A DNA stretch of 64,000 nt from Negativicutes bacterium (lineage in GTDB: Bacteria; Bacillota; Negativicutes; UBA1444): assembly GCA_963665275.2 (NCBI GenBank), contig CAXXIN010000017.1, positions 127,213-191,212 of the forward strand, in the 5' to 3' direction. Shown piece after piece: positions 19,379-31,684 of this stretch (positions within the stretch are counted from its first letter, which is position 1; each line of letters begins with the position of its first letter). The notes beneath the pieces are model-generated. The model saw nothing but the letters and a program-made list of their open reading frames with translations. It had not been told where the DNA came from and made no database searches. Both the position numbers and the translations under genes were made by a program.

Positions 19379-20566
19379 TCACTCATTCTTCCGAGCACTG
19401 TTTTGGAAAATATAAAAGCACCCCAGCGCGATGGTTTGAGCGACGACAATAAAGCCGAATACAAAAGTCAGGTTAAAGTCGTACAAATACCCCACCGCCG
19501 TACTGCCGAGGAACCATGCAACACCATAAATCGTGTTAAAGATCCCGTAAGCCCTTCCCCTGGCCGAGATAGCCGTCATGTCTGCAATCGCAGCCCGCAT
19601 GATCGTCTCGTGAATCCCCATAACCGCACCCCACAAAACTACCGCCGTTATCGCCAGCGCATAGCTCTCGGAGAATCCGAAAAAAGGAATGGGAAGGCTG
19701 AGGAAAGGAATTGCGAGTAAAACTCTCATGCCTTTCTTATCGTACAATTTTCCCACAAACAGCGCCACCCCTGCGTCCACTCCCATAGAGAGGGCATACA
19801 GTGTCGGAATAAGAGCTTCAGGCAAGACGTCTTTCACCTGCAAATGATACGAGATCAGTTGAAAGCTGGCAAAGCCCAACACGCAGAAAAATGAAAAAAC
19901 AGAGTATCGCCAAAAACTTCGCGATAACGGTTGCGGCCCCAATGCAGAGTCTTCTTTGTGCAGGGTAACGCGCTCTTCCAGCTGGGCTGGATCAGGATAC
20001 TTCAAACTGGTAAAGATCACGACCGCCACCGTCAAGAGAGCAGGCACCCACATCATTTGAAATCCAAGTGCATAGCCGCCATGCAAGGCTAAGCCTGCGG
20101 TAAACAACAATGGGCCGATAAATGCGCCGATTTGGTCCATCGCTTCGTGCAAGCCGAACCCGAACCCGGTCCCCACTTGCTTCGTCGCATGGGACAACAA
20201 GGCATCCTTGGCCGGGCTGCGGATCGCCTTGCCGATTCGTTCCAGCATAATAAACACGACGGCTATCTTCCAATCGCCCGCTATCGCCAACAGCGGCACG
20301 GAAACCAGCAGACCATATCCCAGAATAGTTACCGGCCAGTAAAGCTTCGTCCGATCGACAAAATATCCCGACACCAGCCGCAGCGCATAGCCCAAAAACT
20401 CGCCGATACCGGTCACCAAACCCACCGTAGCTGCACTCGCACCCAAAAAACCGAGATAAGGCCCGTAGATACTGCGAGCGCCCTCGTAGGTAATGTCTCC
20501 GAATGCACTGACCAAGCCAAAAAGCAAGATAAACTGCATGGCTTGCTTCTTTTTGTCCGTTTTCAT
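19379..20566 (-). CDS. MFS transporter
   Basis: DITYEGARS, ERIGKAIRSPAKD, GKLYDKKG. Confidence 0.88.
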   Translation of the reverse strand: MKTDKKKQAMQFILLFGLVSAFGDITYEGARSIYGPYLGFLGASAATVGLVTGIGEFLGYALRLVSGYFVDRTKLYWPVTILGYGLLVSVPLLAIAGDWKIAVVFIMLERIGKAIRSPAKDALLSHATKQVGTGFGFGLHEAMDQIGAFIGPLLFTAGLALHGGYALGFQMMWVPALLTVAVVIFTSLKYPDPAQLEERVTLHKEDSALGPQPLSRSFWRYSVFSFFCVLGFASFQLISYHLQVKDVLPEALIPTLYALSMGVDAGVALFVGKLYDKKGMRVLLAIPFLSLPIPFFGFSESYALAITAVVLWGAVMGIHETIMRAAIADMTAISARGRAYGIFNTIYGVAWFLGSTAVGYLYDFNLTFVFGFIVVAQTIALGCFYIFQNSARKNE

Positions 20567-20598
20567 TATGCGGCCCCTACTTTCATGAATGGTTGCAA

Positions 20599-20850
20599 CT
20601 ATTTCTTCGCGATTGCCTTCTCCAGCCAGTCATGAACTTCCGAAGCAGCCGGGATGCGGCCGGAGGAAACCACTTCTTCATTGATGACCAGAGCTGGCGT
20701 GGTCAATACATTGTAGTTCATAATGTCGGCATAATCCATCACCTTGATGACTTGAGCTTCCAGGCCCATTTCCTCGGATACTTTGCGCGCAATGCCCTCA
20801 AGCCGCTTGCAGTTGGCGCAGCCTGAACCCAGAATTTTAATGGTGACCAT
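20599..20850 (-). CDS. Small redox-active disulfide protein (MTH895/thioredoxin-like)
   Basis: IKILGSGCANCKRL, YNVLTTPALVIN, GRIP. Confidence 0.88.
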   Translation of the reverse strand: MVTIKILGSGCANCKRLEGIARKVSEEMGLEAQVIKVMDYADIMNYNVLTTPALVINEEVVSSGRIPAASEVHDWLEKAIAKK

Positions 20851-20890
20851 TCTTCTCCCCTCCCCTCGTATTGATGGAAAAGTTTGGCGC

Positions 20891-22336
20891 CTATGCCACG
20901 TTTCGCTTGCTAGCTCTCCACAGTCCGATAAAAAGGGTCGCAAGAAAAACAACCAGATAAAGCATAATCACAGTAAGGCTGGCGCCATCGATCCACATGC
21001 CGTAGAGCAGTCCAGAAAGAGCGCTGAAAATTGCGACGCATACCACATAGGTCGCGGTTTTGGCACGACCGATAATGGCCGCGGTAATGAGCATGCTTTG
21101 CAGACTCAGCTCGGGATCCGCCATGAGGTAGGCAAGCAGCGGCCCCCTATGCATACCCAGATCGAGGAACATCTTGGCGATGGGGACTTCCACCAGGGTC
21201 GGAAAATACATGAATATCCCGAACAATACGCCAGCCAGGTTCCCAGTCAGAGAGTTGTCGCCAGCAATGGCTTCAATCCATTCCGGTCTGATTATCTGCC
21301 TGATGACCCCCACGACAAAAACGCCGACAATCAACAGCGGGAAAATCTGTTTGACGAATTTCCAAGACTCCCAGAGAAAGCTGCAAGTCTCATCTTCCGT
21401 AAACTTTGTTACGAGCAACCCGTAAATTGCAGCCAACGACAAGGCCACGCCTATGAACTTGCCATTGACAAGAATGTCGAGGCCGCCGGCATGCGGCGTC
21501 ATGCCCACCGCCGCACACAGAAAGGTTATCGCCACTAGCGTTAAAGAAATCACCGACCAGCGGTTCAACCCGTCAAAAACATTTTCTAGACCTTTCCAGG
21601 CCGTCCAACCGATAAGCGCCAACAGGACAATCAGGATAGCACCTTGCGCAGAAACTCCCTCTTCCCCTTTTGCCGGATCAAAGGGTACCAGTCGGAGCAA
21701 GGATTCCTGCACTGTATCCATGCCGGCAACCGGCAACGTGATCGTTGCATACGTGTTGGTGAGCAGACCGATTTTCAGCGTACCTGAAAGGAGCAATGCA
21801 ACCAGCAGGGCGATCAGGGCGAAAGCCGAGCGCTTCATTTCCTGATTGCCGGCAAACAGCGCATCTGCGGCTGCATCATGGGCCGTATCTTCTTTGCTGA
21901 AAACCAGCGCCATGATCATCCCGATACCGATCCCGAATACCAGGGAAAGAAAAAATCTGGCAAAAGCCAGATCAGCGCCGATCAATCCGCCGGTGTAAAT
22001 TAACGCGAGAATATTGGCGGCTGGCGCAAAGAACAAAAATGTGATCGCAGGGCCGATGCCCGCGCCTTTCTTATATATTCCGGCAAACAGGGGGACAATC
22101 GTACAGGAACACACGGCAAGCAATGAGCCTGATGCAGCTGCGGCAGGATAGGAAATATATTTCGGCCGGTTCCGCCCCAGAAACCGGGTTACCGATTCTT
22201 TGGGGATGAGCGCGGTCATTGCGCCGGCAATAAAGAATGCCGGCAACAAGCACAATAGTACGTGCGCCGCAAGATAGGCCGCCAAATTTCCCAAACCGCT
22301 GTTGAGGAGGCTTACGAAGTTATATGTTGTTTCCAT
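20891..22336 (-). CDS. DUF318/ArsP-type permease
   Basis: HVLLCLLPAFFIAGA, AVCSCTIVPLF, MYFPTLVEVP. Confidence 0.85.
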   Translation of the reverse strand: METTYNFVSLLNSGLGNLAAYLAAHVLLCLLPAFFIAGAMTALIPKESVTRFLGRNRPKYISYPAAAASGSLLAVCSCTIVPLFAGIYKKGAGIGPAITFLFFAPAANILALIYTGGLIGADLAFARFFLSLVFGIGIGMIMALVFSKEDTAHDAAADALFAGNQEMKRSAFALIALLVALLLSGTLKIGLLTNTYATITLPVAGMDTVQESLLRLVPFDPAKGEEGVSAQGAILIVLLALIGWTAWKGLENVFDGLNRWSVISLTLVAITFLCAAVGMTPHAGGLDILVNGKFIGVALSLAAIYGLLVTKFTEDETCSFLWESWKFVKQIFPLLIVGVFVVGVIRQIIRPEWIEAIAGDNSLTGNLAGVLFGIFMYFPTLVEVPIAKMFLDLGMHRGPLLAYLMADPELSLQSMLITAAIIGRAKTATYVVCVAIFSALSGLLYGMWIDGASLTVIMLYLVVFLATLFIGLWRASKRNVA

Positions 22337-22688
22337 GCTGCACCCCCTGAAGCCCTGCGCAGATCAAACAACTCCCTGAAGTGTGGTGAAGAAAAACCAA
22401 CGCCTATTATAATTTTATATCAAACTCTTTTTCCCGCCATTATCAACCCCTAATCACAAAATCCAATAATTTTACCGAAAAACTAGCTGCTTTGTATAAG
22501 ACGGAGAATCAAACGCAAGTGAGACGTTGAAGCGATCCTCCCTTTTTGCAAGCAGTTTCCCGTTTTAACCATACAAAAAGATGTTCATGCCACACCAGCC
22601 CGAAGGACGGTTTCAGGCAAAAAGAAGGAACTGCCTCATTTGTTAGTGCGACAGCCCCTTATGACATCCATATAATGCTTAGATAATG

Positions 22689-23711
22689 TTATTTCGCAGA
22701 CTTGGCTATAGCTTCCAACTCAGCCTTGTATTCAACGCCATATTTTTCAACGACACTCTTGACCGCTGCTTTCCACGGCGCAACGTCTTTTACTTCCGTT
22801 ACGATTACTCCGCCCTGGATCAGTTTTGCCAAGGCATCTTTCTCAAATTTATCCCAGGCCTCTTTCTGGAACTTCACGGAATCCTGGGCTGCCTGCTGGA
22901 TGATCTTCCGATCTTCATTCGACAGTTTGTCCCAGGTTACTTTGCTCACCATCAGCACTTCAGGCACACGTTGATGACCATCGAGGATATAGTTTTTTAC
23001 TGCCTGATGATGGCTCGCTGTCAGATAGCTCGGGGGGTTATTTTCCGCTCCGTCGATAACGCCTGTCTGAAGAGCGCTGAACACTTCGCCGTAAGGCATG
23101 GGGGTTGCGCTGGCGTCAAAGGCTTTCATCAGTTCAATATTGATGGCGTTTTGAATAACACGGATTTTAAGACCTTTTAGGTCCTCCGGACTTTTAACCG
23201 GTTTCTTGGTGTAGAAGCTACGGGAACCGGAAGCATAATAAGCCAGTCCCATCATCCTTGATTTTTCCAGGTTGGTCAACATACCTTTGCCATAATCGCT
23301 GTCAAGGAATCGCCAAACATGATCATTGTCATTGAAGACATATGGCAGGGAAAAAACGCCGAACTGTTTGTTAAATTCAGCCAAAGTTCCGGAGCTGATC
23401 CGCGTGAACTCGATGGACCCTAGTTGAACCTGCTGAATGACCGAATTTTCGTCGCCGAGCGAACCTGAATCAAACACTTTGACCTGAATCCGGCCCTGCG
23501 TTCTTTCATTCAAAAGTTCGGCGAATTTCTTGTCGCCCAGGGTAGTGGGATAATCCGCCGGATGAGCTTCAGCCAGCCGAAAATTTAATTTGGGTTTTTG
23601 TGGTGCATTCCCAGCCGCCGGAGTCGCCTCTTTTTTGCCGCAACCAGTGATAAGAACTGTCAGTGCCAGAATTGCCGTGAAACAAACGACCAGCCACTTT
23701 TGATTTTTCAT
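22689..23711 (-). CDS. dctP: TRAP transporter substrate-binding lipoprotein
   Basis: Lipobox ITGC, DLKGLKIRV, EVFSALQTGVIDGAENN. Confidence 0.9.
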   Translation of the reverse strand: MKNQKWLVVCFTAILALTVLITGCGKKEATPAAGNAPQKPKLNFRLAEAHPADYPTTLGDKKFAELLNERTQGRIQVKVFDSGSLGDENSVIQQVQLGSIEFTRISSGTLAEFNKQFGVFSLPYVFNDNDHVWRFLDSDYGKGMLTNLEKSRMMGLAYYASGSRSFYTKKPVKSPEDLKGLKIRVIQNAINIELMKAFDASATPMPYGEVFSALQTGVIDGAENNPPSYLTASHHQAVKNYILDGHQRVPEVLMVSKVTWDKLSNEDRKIIQQAAQDSVKFQKEAWDKFEKDALAKLIQGGVIVTEVKDVAPWKAAVKSVVEKYGVEYKAELEAIAKSAK

Positions 23712-23825
23712 TTCATTTCCCCCTTACTCCTTTTCCGTAATCGCAGTATGAAATCGCAACCCTAATCCAATATATTTTTTCTTGTCGCCTCCCCCACTCG
23801 CAAATCCATCCACAAACTGATTTTG

Positions 23826-25118
23826 TTAAGGAAACATAGAGGGCAACCAAAGCACCGTTGCAGGCACGTAGGTTATCAATGCCAACACTACAAGCATGGC
23901 GTAGAAAAACGGCATCATGGCTTTTGTCCCCTGCGAAATCGAAATATTACCAATCGCGCAGCCGATAAACAGCACTGTACCAACCGGTGGGGTAAGCAGT
24001 CCCATACCGGCGTTAAAAATAAGCACCAGTCCAAAATGAATAGGGTCCATTCCAATCGCTAGGCATACTGGCAGCAAGACTGGCGTGAGAATCAGGATCA
24101 TCGGCGCCATATCCATCGGCCCGCCCAGGATCAGGAGCAAGACATTGATGAGGAGCAGGATCACGTACGGATTGTTGGAAACACCCAAAAACCATTCCGT
24201 GATCATCTCCGGCACGCTCAGAAAGGCCATGACATAGCCAAATGCGGCCGAAGCCGAAATCAGGAAATATACCATCATAACCGTACGTAGCGTTCGTTTG
24301 AGCACATTCCACATTCGGGACAGAGGTACTTCCCGGTATACACCGAAGGCGAGAATAAATGAGTACACCACTGCCAGAGCCCCCGACTCGGTAGCAGTAA
24401 ATGTGCCGGAAATAATGCCGCCCAAAATAATGAAGGCCGGCGAGATGGAGAGTAATCCATGGAAAATAATACCGGGGCGCTGCGAACTTGGCACCGGTTC
24501 ACTGGCTGGATATCCACGTTTGATAGCCATCAGGTACGCAACTGTCATTAGGGAGCCCAGCAACAAAAAACCCGGAACAATTCCGGCCAGAAACAGGCTC
24601 TTGATGGACAGGCCGCCAGCCACAATGGAGTACAGCACCAGATTATGACTGGGCGGAACAACAACGCCCTGGATGGCTGACGAGATTGTCAGCCCCACCG
24701 CATAATCAGCGTCGTAGCCTTTTTTCACCATCGCCGGGATCATGACCGAACCGACCGATGCGGCATCCGCGCCTGCGGAACCGGAAATATTGCCGAAAAA
24801 CATACAGGCAATACAATTAACCAGTGCCAGACCGCCCCTGATCCGACCCACAATGAGACTCGCTAGGTCAACCAATCGCTGTGCCAGGCCGCCTTCACCC
24901 ATAATTTGTCCGGTCAGAATAAAAAATGGAATCGCCAATAGAGAAAAAGTGCGAACACCATTGATCATTTGCTGACCGATGGTCGGTAGCGGCACATCAA
25001 GATAAACCATTGTCAGCAGGGAGGATGCAAACAGAGCCTGCGCTACCGGCAGCCGCAACAACGTAAATACCAGAAAACTGATCCCTAATAACCATACCGC
25101 TATGTCATTTGCTTCCAT
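23826..25118 (-). CDS. dctM: TRAP transporter large permease
   Basis: LLAIPFFIL, ISGSAGAD, VPPS, TATE, TPPVG. Confidence 0.92.
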   Translation of the reverse strand: MEANDIAVWLLGISFLVFTLLRLPVAQALFASSLLTMVYLDVPLPTIGQQMINGVRTFSLLAIPFFILTGQIMGEGGLAQRLVDLASLIVGRIRGGLALVNCIACMFFGNISGSAGADAASVGSVMIPAMVKKGYDADYAVGLTISSAIQGVVVPPSHNLVLYSIVAGGLSIKSLFLAGIVPGFLLLGSLMTVAYLMAIKRGYPASEPVPSSQRPGIIFHGLLSISPAFIILGGIISGTFTATESGALAVVYSFILAFGVYREVPLSRMWNVLKRTLRTVMMVYFLISASAAFGYVMAFLSVPEMITEWFLGVSNNPYVILLLINVLLLILGGPMDMAPMILILTPVLLPVCLAIGMDPIHFGLVLIFNAGMGLLTPPVGTVLFIGCAIGNISISQGTKAMMPFFYAMLVVLALITYVPATVLWLPSMFP

Positions 25119-25638
25119 CGCTTTTTTCCTCCAACTCCGCGCCTACTTCAATATCCGCTCCCTTATGGCGTCTCGTGTCAATCCCCATCATCTGCAGAAT
25201 GGAGTATGCGCAGACCATAACCCCGCTGACCGGCATCACCAGATAGACGACACTATTGGGCAACTTGGTGGCCGGCAATGTGGATTCAAACATGAGCACT
25301 GTAAATTCCCAGCCGTAAACAACAAAATAGAGCCCATAAATCAGGCCCATGATATCAATCCATTTATTAATCCAGCCATTTACACGGGGAGAAAAATGTT
25401 CAGTCAAAGCATCCACGCCCATATGCACGCCTTCGCGGAAACCGATGGCAATACTCATGAAAGCAAACCATACCAAACAAAGCAGAATACCTTCTTCCGA
25501 CCAAAAAAAGACAAAATTAAATATTTTTCGCGTCACAACTTGCAGTGTCATGACCAAAATAACACCCAGCAACGCAAATATTGCACAAGTCTCAAACAGC
25601 GTATCCACTTTTAGAGCCAGCTTCTTTAATTCGTCCAA
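25105..25638 (-). CDS. dctQ: TRAP transporter small permease
   Basis: QVVTR, WSEE, HMGVD; four TM helices. Confidence 0.9.
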   Translation of the reverse strand: MDELKKLALKVDTLFETCAIFALLGVILVMTLQVVTRKIFNFVFFWSEEGILLCLVWFAFMSIAIGFREGVHMGVDALTEHFSPRVNGWINKWIDIMGLIYGLYFVVYGWEFTVLMFESTLPATKLPNSVVYLVMPVSGVMVCAYSILQMMGIDTRRHKGADIEVGAELEEKSDGSK

Positions 25639-25683
25639 TGCATCTGCCTCCCTTTCTGCAACCGCAAATCAGAATATCAACCT

Positions 25684-26529
25684 TTATACCCCTGAATATG
25701 CCATGAAACCGCCATCAACCGGTACTACAATGCCGGTCACAAATCCGGCCGCCTGCTCGTCCAGCAACCACAGTAACGTCCCCAGTAGATCTTCCGGTTT
25801 GCCGAATCGGCGCATAGGCGTATGAGCAATGATTTTGTCAGCTCTGGCAGTTAGCGAACCATCTGGATTTGTCAGCAAAGCTCGGTTTTGTTCAGTGAGG
25901 AAGAAACCAGGCGCAATAGCATTGACTCTTATCCCCGCTTCTGCCATATGAACTGCCAACCACTGCGTAAAATTGTCGATTGCCGCTTTGGCTGCGCTAT
26001 ACGCAGGAACTTTGGTCATGGGGCAGGGCGCACTCATCGACGAAATATTGATAATTACCGCACCTGTTCGCCCCAGCATCTGGCGAGCAAAAATCTGACT
26101 CGGAATCAACGAACCAATAAAATTGAGGCGTAAAACATAGTCGAAACCGTCAGTTGTCATGTCGAAGAAGGTTCTGAGTTCGCCTGCCTTGCATTCCAGA
26201 TCAGACAACTGAAAGATTTCTTTCGTAGTCGTGCCACTGGGGTCGTTGCCTCCTGCGCCGTTAATCAAAATATCACAGGGTCCCAGTTCTTGTTCGACGA
26301 CAGCCGCAGCGCGACTGACGCTGTCGCGGTCAAGCACATCGCAGGCGACAGCAATAGCGCATCCACCATTTTGTACAATATCCGCGGCCACGATCTTTGC
26401 TTTCTCCTCACCCCGGTTCAAAACAGCGACCTTTGCACCCTGACGACCGAGTTCCCGCGCCATTGCCCCGCAGAGTATTCCGCCACCGCCTGTAACGACG
26501 GCAACCTTGTTTTTCAAAGGACTATTCAC
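25684..26529 (-). CDS. uxuB: D-mannonate oxidoreductase (SDR)
   Basis: [31 protein letters not shown]; adjacent to uxuA. Confidence 0.85.
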   Translation of the reverse strand: MNSPLKNKVAVVTGGGGILCGAMARELGRQGAKVAVLNRGEEKAKIVAADIVQNGGCAIAVACDVLDRDSVSRAAAVVEQELGPCDILINGAGGNDPSGTTTKEIFQLSDLECKAGELRTFFDMTTDGFDYVLRLNFIGSLIPSQIFARQMLGRTGAVIINISSMSAPCPMTKVPAYSAAKAAIDNFTQWLAVHMAEAGIRVNAIAPGFFLTEQNRALLTNPDGSLTARADKIIAHTPMRRFGKPEDLLGTLLWLLDEQAAGFVTGIVVPVDGGFMAYSGV

Positions 26530-27605
26530 TTTTCCCCTCTTCTCCTTTCGATCGCGTCCCAAAGTCCGGTCAGATAAACTGCCCCTAGTGCACGGTCATA
26601 CAATCCGTACCCTGGTCTGCCTTTTTCTCCCCATATCATGCGACCATGATCCGGCCGAATCGGCCCTGTAAAATCAATATCATGGAACGCTTTCATGACT
26701 TCATACATATCAATCGACGCAGAAGCATCCTTATGTGCGGTTTCGTGAAAAACACCCTGTTCGTCAATTTTAATATTACGGACATGCCCGCAATTGATTC
26801 GCCCCATTTTGCCAAAATAACGGATGATTTCCGGCATATCATTTGCCCTATTTGCGCCAAGGGAACCGGTGCAAATCGTCAACCCATTATTAGGACTGTC
26901 CACCAGACGAACAATGCGTTCCAAGTTTTCCTTGGAGGTTACGATCCGTGGCAGGCCAAACACCGGCCAGGGGGGATCATCCGGGTGAATCGCCATCTTG
27001 ATTTCGCATTCCTCCGCAACAGGAATAATCGCCCGCAAAAAATAACCGAGATTTTCAAACAGATCTTCTGCATCGATATTTCTGTACAAAGCGAATACTC
27101 TCTTAAGTTCGCCCATGCGTTCTTTTTCCCAGCCCGGCAGTTCAAATCCATTAGACCCTTCATACATTGATTCCATTAGTTTTTCCGGGGTCAATGCACG
27201 TATTACATTTTCGTTATACGACATCGTATTGGAGCCGTCCACCAGGTTCTTGGCCAGCTCGGTCCGCAGCCAGTCAAAAACCGGCATAAAATTGTAGCAA
27301 ATGACTTTTGCGCCGGCAGTGCCCAAATTTCGGAGTGTTTCGCAGTAGTTTTCGATGTAACGGTCGCGTGTCGGCAGTCCGAGCTTGATGTCTTCATGCA
27401 CATTCACGCTTTCAATGGTATGGAACAGCATCCCCTGTTCCTCGATCATATTTTTCAGCGCCAAAATTTTATCCAGCGGCCATACTGCTCCAACCGGAAC
27501 ATCAAATAACGCACTCACGATACCTTTCATGCCGGGAATTTGGCGAATATACTCCAGCGAAATGGGATCATCTTTTTCCCCGAACCAACGAAACGACATG
27601 ATCAA
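26526..27605 (-). CDS. uxuA: Mannonate dehydratase
   Basis: [45 protein letters not shown]; TTG start after GGGAGG. Confidence 0.95.
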   Translation of the reverse strand: MIMSFRWFGEKDDPISLEYIRQIPGMKGIVSALFDVPVGAVWPLDKILALKNMIEEQGMLFHTIESVNVHEDIKLGLPTRDRYIENYCETLRNLGTAGAKVICYNFMPVFDWLRTELAKNLVDGSNTMSYNENVIRALTPEKLMESMYEGSNGFELPGWEKERMGELKRVFALYRNIDAEDLFENLGYFLRAIIPVAEECEIKMAIHPDDPPWPVFGLPRIVTSKENLERIVRLVDSPNNGLTICTGSLGANRANDMPEIIRYFGKMGRINCGHVRNIKIDEQGVFHETAHKDASASIDMYEVMKAFHDIDFTGPIRPDHGRMIWGEKGRPGYGLYDRALGAVYLTGLWDAIERRRGEK

Positions 27606-27823
27606 TAGAGTCAACCTCCCAAAACTCAAGCACATGCAAGTTATATTATCGAACAGAAAACCTCGTCTTTTTTTGTATACTACCATACTACCATACCGTC
27701 GTCAATCAATTTTCTCACACTAATCTGATTTATTTATGAAAATAAAAAAAATATTGACACCGCTATTTGAGTATAGTAGTGTCAATAATGAGTTTGTGTT
27801 TATCAGGAATTCGGGGAGGATGT

Positions 27824-28531
27824 ATGGACCTTCAGATGTTGAAGCGGTCACCGCACGAATCGACACGCAACTACGTTTATCAGATAATGAAACAAAACAT
27901 CATGACGCTTCAATTACCGCCGGGAACTGCCCTGTCCGAGCAGGAAATCGCCACAGCGCTTTCCGTGAGCCGAACTCCGGTTCGGGAAGCTTTTATCCGT
28001 TTATCCCAGGAAAATCTTCTGGACATTATCGCGCAGCGTGGGACCTATGTATCGTTGATTGACCTGGATAGTGTCCGGGAGTGCAAGTTTTTACGTGAAA
28101 CCCTGGAAAAAGCCGTCATACGTCTGGCATGCGCAAATTTTCCCAATGACAAATTATTTGATCTCCAGTCCTATCTCAGTGTTCAGGAGCTGTGCCTGCA
28201 GGAAAACAACTATCTGAAGTTTTATGAACTGGATGAAAAATTGCACCGTACGATCTTTGACGGCTGCCAAAAAGCCCGCATCTGGGAACTCATCCAACAA
28301 CTGGGCAGTCACTACAACCGCGTACGCTTGCTCAATCTGGCCCGGGGGCATGAGCTGGGCCAATTGCTTGAGCATCACAAAAACATTGTTCTTGCCATTC
28401 AAACCCGCGATGCCGCTTTGGGTAGCCGTACCATCAATCAACATTTAAACAAGGTACGCGTTGACATCGTGGATTTGCTGCAGGATTATGGCTCCTATTT
28501 CAAACAATCCGATTCTGATGGGGTTAATTAA
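27824..28531 (+). CDS. GntR family regulator (divergent from the uxu operon)
   Basis: LSEQEIA...[13 protein letters not shown] plus FCD domain. Confidence 0.9.
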   Translation: MDLQMLKRSPHESTRNYVYQIMKQNIMTLQLPPGTALSEQEIATALSVSRTPVREAFIRLSQENLLDIIAQRGTYVSLIDLDSVRECKFLRETLEKAVIRLACANFPNDKLFDLQSYLSVQELCLQENNYLKFYELDEKLHRTIFDGCQKARIWELIQQLGSHYNRVRLLNLARGHELGQLLEHHKNIVLAIQTRDAALGSRTINQHLNKVRVDIVDLLQDYGSYFKQSDSDGVN

Positions 28532-29588
28532 TTTTTAGCGTACAATTAAACTTCGCAAAAGAATTGCGAAAATGCAGCGCCACATTCACCAGCGCGATCA
28601 TCACCGGCACCTCGATCAACGGCCCGATGACTGCGGCAAAAGCCTGCCCCGAATTGATGCCAAAGATTGCAACTGCTACCGCAATCGCCAATTCAAAATT
28701 GTTGCTTGCCGCAGTAAATGACAGGGTCGTCGTCTGTTCATAGTTCACACCCATGCGCCAACTCATGAAAAAAGAAACCGCAAACATGATCGTAAAGTAG
28801 ATGATCAACGGAATCGCAATCCGCACCACGTCCATCGGCAGTTTCACAATATAGCTGCCTTTCAATGAAAACATTACCATGATCGTAAACAGCAGCGAAA
28901 TCAACGCCAGAGGACTGATCTTGGGAATGAACGTATTTTCGTACCATTCGCGCCCTTTGGCCGGCAACAGGAATCTGCGGGTAAGAAATCCAGCCAAAAA
29001 AGGAATCCCCAGATAGATCGCCACACTCGTGGCCACATCCTTCATTGAGACTTGGATACTCATCCCCTTGAAGCCGATCCAGCCTGGCAATACGGTAATG
29101 AAAAAATAGGCGAAAACCGAGTACAACAACAATTGAAAGATCGAATTCAAAGCCACCAAAGCCGCTGCATATTCATTGTCGCCGTCCGCAAGTGAATTCC
29201 ATATGATGACCATCGCGATACAACGAGCCAGTCCGATGAGGATCAAGCCCACCATGTATTCCGGCATGTCAGCGAGAAAAATGATCGCCAGTGTGAACAT
29301 CAGCACTGGGCCGATAATCCAGTTCTGCACTAGAGACAGCGTCATGACCTTGCGGTTGCTGAATACTTTTCCCAGTTCTTCATACTTCACTTTGGCCAGT
29401 GGCGGATACATCATCACGATCAGGCCAATGGCGATCGGAAGCGAAGTAGTACCTACCGAAAACTTGTCCAGCCACGCCGGTATGCCAGGAAATAAGTACC
29501 CCCCACCGACTCCAATGGCCATGGCCACAAAAATCCACAGGGTCAGAAACCGGTCAAGAAATGACAGTCCTTTTTTCGTTTGCGCCAT
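28524..29588 (-). CDS. acr3: Acr3 family arsenite efflux transporter
   Basis: [41 protein letters not shown]. Confidence 0.95.
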   Translation of the reverse strand: MAQTKKGLSFLDRFLTLWIFVAMAIGVGGGYLFPGIPAWLDKFSVGTTSLPIAIGLIVMMYPPLAKVKYEELGKVFSNRKVMTLSLVQNWIIGPVLMFTLAIIFLADMPEYMVGLILIGLARCIAMVIIWNSLADGDNEYAAALVALNSIFQLLLYSVFAYFFITVLPGWIGFKGMSIQVSMKDVATSVAIYLGIPFLAGFLTRRFLLPAKGREWYENTFIPKISPLALISLLFTIMVMFSLKGSYIVKLPMDVVRIAIPLIIYFTIMFAVSFFMSWRMGVNYEQTTTLSFTAASNNFELAIAVAVAIFGINSGQAFAAVIGPLIEVPVMIALVNVALHFRNSFAKFNCTLKIN

Positions 29589-29700
29589 AAAAATCACTCC
29601 CCTTCCATGCTGAATAGTAGGATTACAGTCGCCGCCCAATTCACGCTACCCTTTCGATCACGCGGCATAATAAGGATCCACTTCAGTATTCTTATATTCA

Positions 29701-29728
29701 ATTTTACTCATGTATCAACAATTGTCAA
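29701..29728 (-). promoter_or_regulatory. Probable SigA promoter of acr3
   Basis: TTGACA-16-TAAAAT. Confidence 0.5.
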
Positions 29729-29872
29729 TCGATAGAATTGTTGTGTTTCTATTAATGTGGTGACAGAATGTGACAAAAAGGGAGAGGGACGAAGAAATCG
29801 TCGAGTCAACGAGCGCAATATTCGACCAGTATAAAGGGCATTGCCGTCGGCAATGTCCTTTATACTGTAACT

Positions 29873-30402
29873 CTATACCTGCTGGTGCTTCAGATAGATC
29901 GCCTGCTTTTCCGCCTCGGAATGCATCCGATCTGTAACATAGGCAATCGATATGATTCCTATCAAACTGCAAACCCACCGTGTGGTCGAAAAAGGAACGC
30001 CGAGGAACTGGATTTCAAACAGGAACATCGGAATTTTCAGGGTCGCCCAGGCTCCGATAAAAAGAATCACATCGAAGAGGCTGGTCCCTTTTTTCAACAT
30101 TACGGCCACTACCGGAAAAGCGGCATATAACGGTCCGGCATTTGCCACACCCAACAGTACCGCCAGCGCCATTCCCTTTACTCCTGATCCCGGCCCAGAT
30201 GGCTGACCACCTTTTCCCGAGGCACCCATGTGTCCAGCAATCCCAGGATGATAAAGACAAGGGGAATGAAGCTGAGCATCTGCAGAAAACTGTCCGATGT
30301 CTGGATGACAATATTCTTGCCCAGACTCTGGTCCCATATATAAAGCGCGATATCTACCAAAAACAGCAACAGCACCCACTTGTAACGGCTCCATTTTGCC
30401 AC
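29873..30402 (-). pseudogene. DUF318-type small permease, frameshifted near 30195
   Basis: N-part (ILGLLDTWVPREKVVSHLG) and C-part (PGSGVKG...AGPLYAAFP...KIPMFLFE) lie in different frames. Confidence 0.75.
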
Positions 30403-30403
30403 T

Positions 30404-30685
30404 TTACCCGGCCACCTTTCCCAGTACAAACGCTACGGCGAAAGAAAATATCAGACTCAAGCCGTTTCGCCACAACATCACTTTTCGGCTGAGAAGCGGT
30501 AACGGTTGCTGGAGAAACCATTGCCATTATCATGCCGACCAACAGCAGAATGGCAGCAAAAGCCGGCAGAATATTATCAAAAGCTTTCCAGGCTTTTTTC
30601 AGAGACTGTTTTGTTTTCTGTTTATCTTTCCTGTATGACCAAATGATTCCACCTGCAGCCAGTCCATAAAAATCACAATGTCCAA
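30404..30685 (-). pseudogene. Partner permease remnant (frameshift plus internal deletion)
   Basis: YRKDKQKTKQSLKKAWKAFDNILP... is joined directly to C-terminal RKVMLWRNGLSLIFSFAVAFVLGKV*. Confidence 0.65.
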
Positions 30686-30712
30686 AGAACTCACTCCAAA
30701 TCGCTTGCCGCT

Positions 30713-31684
30713 TTAGCTTCCTGCATGCGTCGCCAACTCAAAAGGGCATTCGCCACCCCGGCAACTCAGGTTCCTGCAGTCTGAGTCTTCCTCCAACACC
30801 TGAATGGTGGAGTGGCGAATCCCATAGTTTTTCTCGAGCATTGCCGAAGCGTTGGCAATCAATTGCCCGATGTTCGTCCCCTTGGCCACCACAATATGGC
30901 CACTGAATACGTCATAGCCTGAAGTTACCGTCCAAACATGCACATCATGAACATTGCAAACCCCCTCGATCGATTCCAACGCCGAAACGATGGCCTCCAC
31001 GTCAGCTCCCGCCGGGGCGCCCTCCATGAGGATATGCAAGGATTGCGACAACACTCCCCACGCCCCGCGCAGGATCAGCACCGCAACGAGAACGCTAACG
31101 ATGGGGTCGGCAATATACCAACCATAGAGGTACATGAGCGCGCCGGCCACGATGGCGCCGACCGAACCGAGCGCATCACCCAGCACATGCATGTAGGCGC
31201 TGCGCAAATTCAAATTATCTTTCACATCCCCTTGGTGAAGCAGAACCCAGGCGCTGGCGAGATTGGCCAGCAAGCCGACGACCGCGATCCCCATCATGGG
31301 TCCGCTAGCTACTGTCGGCGGTTCGTATAATCTGTGCCACGCTTCCCAAGCAATAGCAATCGCAATCAGAAATAGGGCAACACCGTTGGCGAGTGCGGCC
31401 AATATTTCAAGCCGGCGGTAGCCATAGCTTTTTCTTGGCGATGCAGCCTTCGCAGCAAATCGGATTGCCACCAAGCTCAGACCCAACGACGCAGCATCGC
31501 TGAGCATATGACCAGAATCGGATAAAAGTGCGAGACTGTTGGTCAGCCAACCACCCACCACTTCGGCAACCATGATTACCAAGGTGATGCCAAATGCCCA
31601 GGCGAGGGCTGAACTGTTACCTTCGCGTTTCAAACCATGCGTATGGTCGTGTCCATGTCCGTGGTCGTGATTGTGATCGCTCAT
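30713..31684 (-). CDS. czcD: CDF Zn/Co/Cd efflux transporter with His-rich N-terminus
   Basis: HDHGHGHDH, SLALLSDSGHMLSD, HVLGDALGS, HDVHVW. Confidence 0.9.
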   Translation of the reverse strand: MSDHNHDHGHGHDHTHGLKREGNSSALAWAFGITLVIMVAEVVGGWLTNSLALLSDSGHMLSDAASLGLSLVAIRFAAKAASPRKSYGYRRLEILAALANGVALFLIAIAIAWEAWHRLYEPPTVASGPMMGIAVVGLLANLASAWVLLHQGDVKDNLNLRSAYMHVLGDALGSVGAIVAGALMYLYGWYIADPIVSVLVAVLILRGAWGVLSQSLHILMEGAPAGADVEAIVSALESIEGVCNVHDVHVWTVTSGYDVFSGHIVVAKGTNIGQLIANASAMLEKNYGIRHSTIQVLEEDSDCRNLSCRGGECPFELATHAGS